Below are positions 55,824-64,000 of a stretch of DNA of 64,000 nucleotides, one piece after another. The stretch's first letter is position 1. Every line of letters starts with the position of its first letter. This DNA is from an uncultured Eubacteriales bacterium (GTDB lineage Bacteria; Acidobacteriota; Aminicenantia; Aminicenantales; UBA4085): positions 94,762 to 158,761 of the forward strand of contig CAZKXI010000005.1 in NCBI GenBank assembly GCA_964556755.1. Reading direction: 5' to 3'. Below the pieces are notes generated by a model that saw only the letters and a program-made list of their open reading frames with translations, made no database searches and was not told the DNA's origin. The position numbers and the translations under genes are program-made.

Positions 55824-57305
55824 TCAGCGGCGGGTCAGCTTGATGCCGAAGACCACGACCCCGACCAGGAGGCCGACCAGGAGCAGGGCCAGCAGGACGA
55901 CGCCCAGGACGTTGGTCTTGGAGGCCACGTGGACCCGCACGATCTTGTCCTCGGACTCGACCTTGCGGTTGTCGGCGCTGCATTCGGTCTTGATCTTGGG
56001 CTCGTAGTCGCCCACGGCCACGTCGGCCGGGGGCAGGAACTGGATGCGGACGACCTCCTCCTTGCCCTGCTCCAGCGCGGCGATCAGGTCGGGGGAGATC
56101 TCGGATCGCCAGTTGAGCGGCAGGTCGGCGGCGATGTGAATGTTGTTCAGCGGCCGGGTGCCGGCGTTCTTGACCCTGACCTCCATGTCGACGCTCTGGC
56201 CGACCCGGATCTCGTGATAGAGATTGACCGCCTGGACCTCGATCTTGCCCACGCCGCGGGGGATGAGCTCCAGCTTGACGTGGCCCGCCTTGAGGGCGGC
56301 GATGTCGGCCGGCTTGACCTCGCCGCGCTCCCGGACGGCCTGCAGGCCCGCGGCTTGCTCGTTGTCCAGGGCCAGGGCGTAGAAGGCCAGGGGCTTGTCG
56401 ATGACCACTTGGGCGTCGGCGTTCTTGGGCAGATAGAGCTTCAGCTGCAGCTTCATCGAGGTGACGCCCTCGGTGAACTTGATCTGGGACAGGCGGGCCT
56501 GGGTGGTCGGGTCGGAGAACTCGTAGTTGACCGGCCGGGGCAGGTTGGCCAGCTCCAGTTTGAAGACGTTGGCCTCGCCGGAGAACTTCTCCAGCGACAG
56601 GTCGTAGGTAGCGGTGCTCTCCAGGTCGGCCTCCTGCGAGAACTGGGCCGAGTTGACGGTCACGATGTTGGCGCTGACTCCCTTCTGCAGGTAGACCGAG
56701 GTCGTCTCGGACTTGCCGGAGTAGAAGACGCTGACGTCCAGGTTCTCGACGTCCTTGAGCAGCTGGAAGGTCACGTCCCGCTCCGTCTCGAGCGGCATGG
56801 AGGAGATCGTCTTCTCGTAGGGATCAGAGATGATCTTGGCCTCCGACTTGAGCGAGACCGAGACGTCCTTGATCTCCTTCATGAAGTCGACCGGGAAGAG
56901 GTCCTCGGCCTTGATGGCCAGGTTGTCCAGCTGCTTGAGCTCCTTGGAGGAGTAGCGCAGGGTGACCCGGACGAACTTCTTGCCGCCGGCGTCCTGGAAC
57001 TTGACGGCGCTGGCCACGTTGATGCGGGCCTCGCTGCCCATGAAGGCGATCAGGGCCTGCTGGAAGTCGACCTGGGCCTGCAGGTAGGCCGTCTGGACCA
57101 GGGCGAACTCCTGCTCGGAGGTCAGGCCCTGCTCCTTGAGCTTCAGGGAGCGGTCGAAGTCGCCCTTGGTCTTCTCCTTCTGGAGCTGGGCCTTCTTCAG
57201 GGTCAGGAGCTTCATCGTCTGCGACGGCGCTTCCTGGGCGGGCAGGGCGGCGGCCGCCCCGAACAAGAGGAATCCGGCCATGATGGCCGCGGCGAGCTTT
57301 CTCAT
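55824..57305 (-). CDS. Membrane-fusion-protein-like periplasmic adaptor with inverted topology (signal peptide, HlyD-like coiled coil, beta domains, C-terminal TM anchor)
   Basis: N-terminal signal peptide, a coiled-coil heptad region (QLQKEKTKGDFDRSLKLKEQGLTSEQEFALVQTAYLQAQVDFQQA), ~350 aa of beta-rich sequence, and a C-terminal hydrophobic helix VLGVVLLALLLVGLLVGVVVFGIKLTRR. Start overlaps the TolC-like stop. Confidence 0.6.
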   Translation of the reverse strand: MRKLAAAIMAGFLLFGAAAALPAQEAPSQTMKLLTLKKAQLQKEKTKGDFDRSLKLKEQGLTSEQEFALVQTAYLQAQVDFQQALIAFMGSEARINVASAVKFQDAGGKKFVRVTLRYSSKELKQLDNLAIKAEDLFPVDFMKEIKDVSVSLKSEAKIISDPYEKTISSMPLETERDVTFQLLKDVENLDVSVFYSGKSETTSVYLQKGVSANIVTVNSAQFSQEADLESTATYDLSLEKFSGEANVFKLELANLPRPVNYEFSDPTTQARLSQIKFTEGVTSMKLQLKLYLPKNADAQVVIDKPLAFYALALDNEQAAGLQAVRERGEVKPADIAALKAGHVKLELIPRGVGKIEVQAVNLYHEIRVGQSVDMEVRVKNAGTRPLNNIHIAADLPLNWRSEISPDLIAALEQGKEEVVRIQFLPPADVAVGDYEPKIKTECSADNRKVESEDKIVRVHVASKTNVLGVVLLALLLVGLLVGVVVFGIKLTRR

Positions 57306-58921
57306 TGGTGGGCCTCCCCGGCGTCGGTGATCTTGATGGCGCGCTTGTCCAGGCTGGTGCCCGTAGCCTTGTCCAGCAGGCCGCGGGCCAGGGTATAGTC
57401 GACGAGGGCCCGCAGCTCCGCCGTCTTGGCGGCGGCCAGGTCCCTCTGGTAGGTCAGGACGTAGAAGTTGCTGCTGAGGCCGACCTTGAGCTTGGCCTCC
57501 TCGGCCTGCAGCTTCTCCTCGGCCAGCTCGCGGGCCGAGCGGCGGGCCAGGACCCGCTCGTAGTTGGTCTCGACGGCCCGCACGGCGGCCCGGATCTCGA
57601 TGACCGCGGCCTGCTGGCGCTGCTTCAGGACGGCCGTCTGCTGGTCCAGCCCGGCCTGGGCCTGGGCCCGGGCGGCCCGGGTGAAGACCGTCGACAGCGG
57701 GATGTCCAGCGACACGGCCACGGACCAGTTGTCGTACTTGAATCGGAGGGCGTCTTGGACGGCCTGTCCGGAGCCGCTGGAGACACGGCCGATGATGATG
57801 CCGGTCAGGGGATTGTCGTCCTGGAAGAGGATCCGGTCGCCGGACAATCCCGGGCTCCAGTAGCGGGTGGTCAGGTTCAGCGCCGGCAGGGTCTGGTTCT
57901 TGGCGTAGGCCAGGCTGATCTGCTTGTTGCGGATGCCGAGCGTGGCGGACTGCAGGTCGGGCCGGTTGAGGAGGGCCACGGCCAGGGCTTCCTCCAGGCC
58001 GATCTCGGCCGGGACGAGGCGGGGCGTGTCGGAGGGGACGAGATCGGCCGCATCCCGGCTGAAATCGAGGTTCAGCAGGCCGCGCAGGGTGTCGGAGGAG
58101 TCCCGGACCAGCATCTCGGCCTGCAGGATGTCGGCCTTGCGGCTGGCCACCTCGGCCTGGGCGCTGATGACCTCCTTGGGAGCCAGGGTGCCGATGGCGG
58201 CCTCCTTGCGGCTCTTGTCGAGAAGGTCCTCGGCCAGGGCCAGGGACTGGCGTTGCACGGCCAGCGACTCGATCCGGTAGACCAGCTCCCAGTAGTTGGT
58301 CTCGACGGCATAGACCGTCTCCAGCAGGGCCGCCTTGAGGTCGTTGCCGGCGATGTCCCGGTTGTTGCGGGCGATGAGGATCTCCTGGCGGCTGGTCGCC
58401 CAGCCGAAATCCTTGAGCAGGGGCTGGGTGTAGGCGAAGGAGAGGCGCCCGCTGTAATAGGGATTGATGGTCTGGAAGGCCGAGTTCGAGTTGTAGCGCT
58501 GGGTGGCCATGGACAGGGACAGCGAGCCTCCCAGCGGGGCGTTCTGGCTGATCGTGCCGGTGTAGGAACGGGACTGGTTGGCTACGACCTCGGCCGCGTC
58601 GATCCAGGAGTAGGAGGCCGAGTTCTGGCTGTCGTTGTAGTAGTCGAACGACAGCGTGGGCAGGAATTTCTCGCCGGCCTGGACCAGGCCGTGATCGGCC
58701 TGACGGAAAGTCAGGACTTGGACCGTGACGCCGAGGTTGCGCCGGACCGCTTGCGCGATGCAGTCCTCCAGGGACATGGCCTGGGTGGCTCGGGCGGACG
58801 CGGCCGGCTTGTCCTGGGGGGCCAGGAGCGCCGGCGGTCCGGCCGGCAGGAGGGCCGGCAGCAAGAGCAGGATCGCCGGCAGAGCCGGGCCGAGGCCGTG
58901 GGGCCAGCGGAATTTTTTCAT
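57302..58921 (-). CDS. TolC family outer-membrane efflux protein
   Basis: Signal peptide and two repeats of the OEP alpha-helical/beta-barrel pattern (LSLEDCIAQAVRRN...; LGLEEALAVALLNRPDLQ). Confidence 0.8.
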   Translation of the reverse strand: MKKFRWPHGLGPALPAILLLLPALLPAGPPALLAPQDKPAASARATQAMSLEDCIAQAVRRNLGVTVQVLTFRQADHGLVQAGEKFLPTLSFDYYNDSQNSASYSWIDAAEVVANQSRSYTGTISQNAPLGGSLSLSMATQRYNSNSAFQTINPYYSGRLSFAYTQPLLKDFGWATSRQEILIARNNRDIAGNDLKAALLETVYAVETNYWELVYRIESLAVQRQSLALAEDLLDKSRKEAAIGTLAPKEVISAQAEVASRKADILQAEMLVRDSSDTLRGLLNLDFSRDAADLVPSDTPRLVPAEIGLEEALAVALLNRPDLQSATLGIRNKQISLAYAKNQTLPALNLTTRYWSPGLSGDRILFQDDNPLTGIIIGRVSSGSGQAVQDALRFKYDNWSVAVSLDIPLSTVFTRAARAQAQAGLDQQTAVLKQRQQAAVIEIRAAVRAVETNYERVLARRSARELAEEKLQAEEAKLKVGLSSNFYVLTYQRDLAAAKTAELRALVDYTLARGLLDKATGTSLDKRAIKITDAGEAHQ

Positions 58922-58963
58922 GGGCGTGTCTCCGGGCTCGAGTGCTTCATCGAGCCGAACAAT

Positions 58964-58979
58964 TGCACGAATCGTGCCA
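58964..58979 (-). promoter_or_regulatory. Sigma-54 (-24/-12) promoter TGGCAC-N5-GTGCA for the TolC-MFP-ATPase-permease operon
   Basis: Minus-strand TGGCACGATTCGTGCA gives a GG-N10-GC match, ~40 nt upstream of the TolC ATG at 58921. Confidence 0.55.
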
Positions 58980-59074
58980 AGGATTCATACGGCGGGACTC
59001 GGGGGAAGTTTCCCTTCCGCCGGGAATCGCATTACCCGCCCCGGGCACACTCTTACCCGAATGACCTGAATTAG

Positions 59075-59120
59075 CAGACACAAACCGAATTCAGTTTCCA
59101 GACACATACCGAATTCGCAG
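59075..59120. repeat. Tandem 24-bp direct repeats CAGACACA(A/T)ACCGAATTC (candidate enhancer-binding-protein sites) between divergent sigma-54 promoters
   Basis: CAGACACAAACCGAATTCAG at 59075 and CAGACACATACCGAATTCGCAG at 59099, with a partial third unit (CAGACTGACAC) at 59118, in a locally AT-richer segment. Confidence 0.5.
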
Positions 59121-59200
59121 ACTGACACTTGCCCGCGTCAAGGCCCATACTCGGTCTGAAGCCGTCGCCTATTGTCTTGCTTGCCCTCGGCTCTTCCGGA

Positions 59201-59216
59201 TGGCATGTTCCTTGCA
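59201..59216 (+). promoter_or_regulatory. Sigma-54 (-24/-12) promoter TGGCAT-N5-TTGCA upstream of the permease 4/5-HK-RR operon
   Basis: TGGCATGTTCCTTGCA, ~58 nt upstream of the ATG at 59274; AAGGAG RBS. Confidence 0.6.
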
Positions 59217-59273
59217 ATTCCACTTCAAGAGGCGAAGTCGTTTGCCGCGCGCTGTTGCGCCAAGGAGCGGGTC

Positions 59274-60881
59274 ATGGTCTTTCATATCGCCAGGAAAGAG
59301 TGCCTTAACAACCTGCTTTCGGTGCGCTTCTTGATTGGCCTTCTCCTCTGTGTCGTCCTTATCCCCTTCAGCATCCTGATCAACGTGGACGACTACCGGG
59401 ACCAACTGGGACAATACAAGGTTGATAAAGACGCGGCTGACAAATCGCTGGCGGAAATTCGAACCTATTCCTATCTCAAGCCCATCGTCGTCTTTCCCCC
59501 CGAGCCGCTGGGCATCTTCGGCAAGGGCCTGAGCGCGCAGGTCGGCAACCAGGTTAAAATTCGGCTCGGGGAAGCACCCTTGCTCGCGGAGGGCAAGACC
59601 GCGGCCCGGGATAATCCGTTCCTGGCCTCGTTCTTTTCCGTCGACTTCGTCGATATCGTGGCCATCATCTTCTCGCTTCTGGCCCTGCTCTTCAGCTACG
59701 ACGCGCTGACCCGGGAGAAGGAGGACGGCACGCTCCGCCTCCAGATGGCCAACTCGCTGGGCCGCTCGAAGCTGTTGGCCGGGAAGGTGGTCGGGATTCT
59801 GCTGACGCTTCTTCCGGTCATCGTTTTCTGTTTTCTGATCGGGGGCGTCATCATCCTAGTCTCGGGCGAGCTGGCTTTTTCAGCCGGGGAATGGGGCCGC
59901 TTGGCCGTGCTGGCCCTGCTCAGCCTGGTTTATCTCGTGGTTTTCGTCTTTTTGGGGCTCCTGGTTTCTTCGCGGACCAGGGATTCGATCACCAGCCTGG
60001 TCATCTGCCTGTTTCTTTGGGTCATCCTCGTCTTTCTCGTCCCCAACCTCGCCTCGACCTTCGCCGACAGCTTCGTCCCCATCCAATCCCGCGACAACCT
60101 GACGGCCGTCATGCGGGATATGGACAAGTCCCTGCAGGAGAGGTTGGACGTCGAACGCAAGAAGCTGCCCGCGCCCGATTGGTGGATGAGCTGGTACATG
60201 AACGGCGGCGATGACGGCGCCCAGGAGCAGTACGGCTGCTCGGCCTCTTATTTCGAGCATACCCGGCAACGGATGACCATCAGCGAGCCGATGCGGATCG
60301 ACAACGCCGGCCGGAAATGGGGGCCGCAGAAGGCCTACTTGGACAGCCTGGTCTACCAGGCCAGGGCCGCGGACAACCTGGCCCTGTTGTCCCCGGCGGG
60401 CATCTTCAGGATGGTCGCCACGGCGGTCTGCGGGACCGACCACCAGGCGCAAAGGAAGCGCCTGGACGACGTCCGCCGTTACCGGGAGGACTTTATCGCT
60501 TACTTTAAAAGCAAGAAGATCTTCGAGAAGTTCGAGTACATCACCCCGGTCCCGCCAGCTTCGTTCCGCAGCGCCGACCAGCTCGTGGAGGCCCGCACCG
60601 GCGGCAAGTTCAAGTCGCTCGCGGAGTATGACGCCTGGGGGGCCACCCAGACGGATGTGAGGGCCAGATTCCAAATTCTACGGACGGTCAACGTGCGTGG
60701 AGAGCAGCCCGATGATTTTCCCTTTCTCAAGGTCACCGACATGCCCCGATTCCCCGAGCGCCCGGTTTCGGTGGCGGGGCTGCTTGAAGGCTCGGTTCTG
60801 CGGCTCGGGCTGCTGCTCTTTGAATGCCTGCTTCTCTTCGCTCTGGCCTATGTGGCCTTCATCCGCTACGACGTGAGGTGA
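59274..60881 (+). CDS. ABC-2-like transporter permease paralog 4
   Basis: MVFHIARKECLNNLLSVRF ... FIRYDVR; the largest paralog (535 aa). ATG at 59274, inside the track ORF. Confidence 0.7.
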   Translation: MVFHIARKECLNNLLSVRFLIGLLLCVVLIPFSILINVDDYRDQLGQYKVDKDAADKSLAEIRTYSYLKPIVVFPPEPLGIFGKGLSAQVGNQVKIRLGEAPLLAEGKTAARDNPFLASFFSVDFVDIVAIIFSLLALLFSYDALTREKEDGTLRLQMANSLGRSKLLAGKVVGILLTLLPVIVFCFLIGGVIILVSGELAFSAGEWGRLAVLALLSLVYLVVFVFLGLLVSSRTRDSITSLVICLFLWVILVFLVPNLASTFADSFVPIQSRDNLTAVMRDMDKSLQERLDVERKKLPAPDWWMSWYMNGGDDGAQEQYGCSASYFEHTRQRMTISEPMRIDNAGRKWGPQKAYLDSLVYQARAADNLALLSPAGIFRMVATAVCGTDHQAQRKRLDDVRRYREDFIAYFKSKKIFEKFEYITPVPPASFRSADQLVEARTGGKFKSLAEYDAWGATQTDVRARFQILRTVNVRGEQPDDFPFLKVTDMPRFPERPVSVAGLLEGSVLRLGLLLFECLLLFALAYVAFIRYDVR

Positions 60882-60884
60882 GCC

Positions 60885-62279
60885 GTGTGGAAAGCCGTCC
60901 TCAAGCGCGAAATCCAGCATAACCTCTATAGCTTCCGCTTTCTCCTGGCGCTCGTCCTGATCTTGTGCGTCTTCATCGCCGGGTCGCTGTCCTTCATCCG
61001 CTCCCACGCCGGCGCCCTGGCCAAGGACCGTGAAGCCCGCGGCATCGCGACCCGAGTCCTCGAGGAAGACGCCGCCAACGCCACCCGCCTGGCCGTGCGC
61101 CATCGTAGCTACGACTTCCGTCCCCGCGACAATGCCTTCCTGGCCGACGCCAAGGAAAAATACCTCCCCAATTCGATCGAATACAGCGCCTGGAACGTCT
61201 TCGGCTTCCAGAACAAGAGCGGCAGCGCTAATCCCTTCCTGGCCCGCTATGATGAGCTGAGCTGGGTCTTTGCCGCCGCCCTTCTGGTCAGCTTCATTTC
61301 CCTTCTCTTCACCTTCGATGCCGTCTCGGGCGAGAAAGAGACGAAAACCCTGTCCCTGGCCTTGGCCAATCCCGTGTCGCGCGGTACGCTCCTCTTCGGC
61401 AAGTACGCCAGCGCGGTCCTGTCGGTGATGGCGGCTGTTCTGCCGGGCGTCCTGGTCAGCCTGCTTATCCTGATCATCTCGGGCATCATCGGCTGGAGCT
61501 GGACCCTGGGCGCGGAGGTTGCGGCCTTCCTGCTGGCCGCGGGGCTGCTGGCCGCGTCGATGGCCGCCTTCGGTCTGCTCTGCTCGGTCCTGGCCCGCAA
61601 TTCCAACGTCAGCCTGCTGCTGGGCCTCTCGGTCTGGCTTCTCTTTGCCGTGGTCATCCCCAACTCGAGCGGATTTCTGGCCAAGAAGCTCTATCCGATC
61701 GCCAAGGCCGAAGCGGTCGGGGAGAGAGTCAACAGGGTCTACGACGACTTGACCAAGGCTGCCCCCCCGGGAAGCTGGATGTCGGATTCGTCCAACCCGT
61801 TCCTTCCTCAGCACGAATTGCGGGCCAATCTGCAGCGCAAACGGCTGCAGGCGCTCAAGTCCATCCGGGATGATTATTTCCGGACCATGTTCCGGCAGTA
61901 CGAGCGGACGAGACGGTTGACGGCGCTGTCTCCGGTGGCCGCTTTCGAATACCTGGCTGAATCCATCTCCGGCGGCGGCTACCCCCGTTTCCGGCGGGCC
62001 TGGGAAGATATCCACGTCTTCCAAGGGCAGTTCCAGGCTTTCTTCACCTCCTTCGACGCGGCGGACCCCAAAAGCCCGCATTGGTACAATCCCAACGAGG
62101 ATGTCTCTACGACCCGGCAGAAGGTCTCGGTCGACATCGTGCCCCGATTCTCCGAGCGGCCGATGGCGTTGGCCGACCGGCTCGCTCCGGCGCTGCCGCA
62201 TCTGGGCGTCCTGGCTGCGTCGGCGGGCCTGATTTTTCTGCTCAGCTTCTTTCTCTTCGTCCGCTACGACGTCCGTTGA
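60885..62279 (+). CDS. ABC-2-like transporter permease paralog 5
   Basis: MWKAVLKREIQHNLYSFRF ... FVRYDVR. Confidence 0.7.
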   Translation: MWKAVLKREIQHNLYSFRFLLALVLILCVFIAGSLSFIRSHAGALAKDREARGIATRVLEEDAANATRLAVRHRSYDFRPRDNAFLADAKEKYLPNSIEYSAWNVFGFQNKSGSANPFLARYDELSWVFAAALLVSFISLLFTFDAVSGEKETKTLSLALANPVSRGTLLFGKYASAVLSVMAAVLPGVLVSLLILIISGIIGWSWTLGAEVAAFLLAAGLLAASMAAFGLLCSVLARNSNVSLLLGLSVWLLFAVVIPNSSGFLAKKLYPIAKAEAVGERVNRVYDDLTKAAPPGSWMSDSSNPFLPQHELRANLQRKRLQALKSIRDDYFRTMFRQYERTRRLTALSPVAAFEYLAESISGGGYPRFRRAWEDIHVFQGQFQAFFTSFDAADPKSPHWYNPNEDVSTTRQKVSVDIVPRFSERPMALADRLAPALPHLGVLAASAGLIFLLSFFLFVRYDVR

Positions 62280-62318
62280 GCCAGCGTCCGCCGACGTCTA
62301 CGGAATTCCGATCCCTGT

Positions 62319-62327
62319 TGATATAAT
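62319..62327 (+). promoter_or_regulatory. Extended -10 promoter element TGaTATAAT upstream of the histidine kinase gene
   Basis: Perfect TATAAT with an upstream TG, 16 nt before the ATG at 62343; weak -35. Confidence 0.35.
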
Positions 62328-62342
62328 GGCCCTGGGCCCATC

Positions 62343-63578
62343 ATGAAGCTCTTCCACGCCCGCCGCCGCGACGAGAAGCTGCCCCTCCTCGTCTTTCGCG
62401 AGTTCGAAGCGGGCGTCAACCTGATCGAAGACTACGACCAGATCGCCCGCAACTTCCTGGGCAAGATTCGGGAGGTCTGTCCCGCCCCCAAGCTCCTCCT
62501 GCTCGTCCACGACTCCATCAGCGGGCGCTTCCAGCCGGCCGCCTCCGTGGACGTGGGCGAGGCCGAGGCCCGGGCCGCCGTCATCCCGCGCGACTCGCGG
62601 CTGGCCAAGTGGCTCAAGCTCAACGAGACCCACCTGGAGCTCAAGCGGAGTCCCGGCCTGGACGGCTATCTGAGGCCCAAGGAAGCCGGCCTCCTGGCCT
62701 CCTTGGGCATCGAGACCGCCTTCCCCCTGATCTCGATGAACCGCCTGATCGGCATCCTCCTGGTCGGCGGCAAGCCCGGCGGCGCCCCCCTGTCCCGGAC
62801 GGAGATGGCCTTCATCCGGGCCCTTCTGCCCCAGGCCGGCATCGCCCTGGAGAACGCCCTGCTCTTCAAGGAGCAGCGGGAGCGCTTCCGGCGCATGTCG
62901 CGGGCCGACCGTCTGGCCACGGTCGGCGAGCTGGCCGCGGGCGCCGCCCACGAGATCCGCAATCCCCTGACCGCCATCCGATCCACCCTTCAATACCTCG
63001 AATCCAAGGTCGCCGAGGAGGCCTCCCGGCGGCTGATCGCCTCGGCCCTGCAGGAGACCGGCCGCATCAACGACATCGTCTCGGCCCTGCTGGCCTTCTC
63101 CCGCCCGGCCGAGATCGTCCGCGAGCGCCACGATCTGCGCCAGACCCTGGCCGAGAGCTTGGAGCTGGTGGCTTTCCAGGCCCGCTCCAAGGGGGTGACG
63201 GCCCACAGCGAGCCGACGGCCGAACCGCTCCCGGTCCTGGGCGACCGCTCCCAGCTCAAGCAGCTCTTCCTGAACGTCTTCCTCAACGCCATCCAGGCCA
63301 TGCCCGCCGGAGGCGACCTGCGGATCGAGGCCTCGGCCGGGCCGCCCGGCAAGGCCCTGGTCGCCGTCAGCGACACCGGCGAGGGCATCCCCGAGGAGAA
63401 TCTGGACCGCGTCTTCGACCCCTTCTTCACGACCAAGAAAGGGGGCACGGGCCTGGGCCTGTCCATCTGCTACAACATCGTCAAGTCGCACGGCGGCGAC
63501 ATCGAGGCGCGCCGCCGGCCCGGCTCGGGCACGACGATCCTCATCCATCTGCCGCTCGACGGAAGCGAGGCGCCATGA
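62343..63578 (+). CDS. Cytoplasmic sensor histidine kinase (GAF-like N-terminus, HisKA, HATPase_c)
   Basis: No TM segments. H-box (AAGAAHEIRNPLTAI), N box, and G1/G2 motifs (DTGEGIP; GGTGLGLSI). Confidence 0.82.
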   Translation: MKLFHARRRDEKLPLLVFREFEAGVNLIEDYDQIARNFLGKIREVCPAPKLLLLVHDSISGRFQPAASVDVGEAEARAAVIPRDSRLAKWLKLNETHLELKRSPGLDGYLRPKEAGLLASLGIETAFPLISMNRLIGILLVGGKPGGAPLSRTEMAFIRALLPQAGIALENALLFKEQRERFRRMSRADRLATVGELAAGAAHEIRNPLTAIRSTLQYLESKVAEEASRRLIASALQETGRINDIVSALLAFSRPAEIVRERHDLRQTLAESLELVAFQARSKGVTAHSEPTAEPLPVLGDRSQLKQLFLNVFLNAIQAMPAGGDLRIEASAGPPGKALVAVSDTGEGIPEENLDRVFDPFFTTKKGGTGLGLSICYNIVKSHGGDIEARRRPGSGTTILIHLPLDGSEAP

Positions 63579-64000
63579 AGCTCAAGATCCTGATCGTCGA
63601 CGACGAGCAGGCCATCCGCGACATCTTCTCGCTCCTGCTGGAGGAGAAGGGCTTCGACGTCGCCACGGAGGCCAGCGGCCGCGACGGCCTGGCCCGGGCC
63701 CGCTCCTTCGTCCCGGACGTCCTGCTCCTGGACATGAACCTGCCGGACATGACCGGCCTGGACGTGCTGGCCGGAGTGAAGGACACGCTGCCCGCCTGCC
63801 GGATCATCGTCGTCACCGCCTTCGGCACGATCCGCAACGCGGTCGAGGCCACCAAGCGGGGCGCCTACGCCTATCTGGAGAAGCCGGTCGACAACGAGGA
63901 GCTGCTCCTGCTGATCGAGCGGGCCTTGGAGGTCCGCCGGCTGGAGGCCGAAGTGGCCGGCCTGAAGGCCGAGCTCAGCGCCCGCTACCGCTTCTCGGAG
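63575..64000 (+). CDS. Sigma-54-dependent (NtrC-family) response regulator, 3'-truncated by the window end
   Basis: ATG overlaps the HK stop (ATGA). Receiver domain (ILIVDDE...LLLDMNLPDM...KRGAYAYLEKP), then the start of the AAA+ sigma-54 activator domain (RYRFSE...). Not in the ORF track. Confidence 0.75.
   Translation, partial: MKLKILIVDDEQAIRDIFSLLLEEKGFDVATEASGRDGLARARSFVPDVLLLDMNLPDMTGLDVLAGVKDTLPACRIIVVTAFGTIRNAVEATKRGAYAYLEKPVDNEELLLLIERALEVRRLEAEVAGLKAELSARYRFSE

Overview
High-GC (~68%) bacterial chromosomal segment, probably Acidobacteriota-like given the CarbopepD_reg/TonB-dependent receptor, paired amidohydrolases and many prepilin-type proteins. About 60 genes are tightly packed, many with overlapping stop/start codons. 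Housekeeping genes, all on the minus strand: a DUF1844-ribF-pyrR-pyrC-rnc operon, a SPOR-lnt-prfB operon, coaE, and a small Lys-rich ORF-rpsO-pnp-three pseudopilin genes-lpxB run. On the plus strand: mazG, an HU/IHF-like gene, proS, waaA with an overlapping PAP2 phosphatase, a D-aminoacylase and an M23 peptidase. Accessory content: (i) a three-gene CDP-alcohol (Kennedy-like) headgroup module after proS; (ii) a PilZ/PilZ-like trio around an atypical LuxR regulator; (iii) two ABC-2 transporter clusters; the larger one (50-64 kb) has 5 paralogous permeases all ending in a YDVR-like tail, 2 ATPases, a TolC-family protein, an inverted-topology MFP-like protein, divergent sigma-54 promoters flanking 24-bp direct repeats, and a GAF histidine kinase plus NtrC-type regulator; (iv) six copies of a MITE-like repeat family with ~35-bp terminal inverted repeats, not assignable to a named family, sitting in 3' intergenic regions. 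Caveats: no database searches were possible, so function calls rest on recognised motifs and family-level similarity. I hit a +/-1 nt counting inconsistency in a few places, so gene ends follow the ORF track and starts were re-derived from it.
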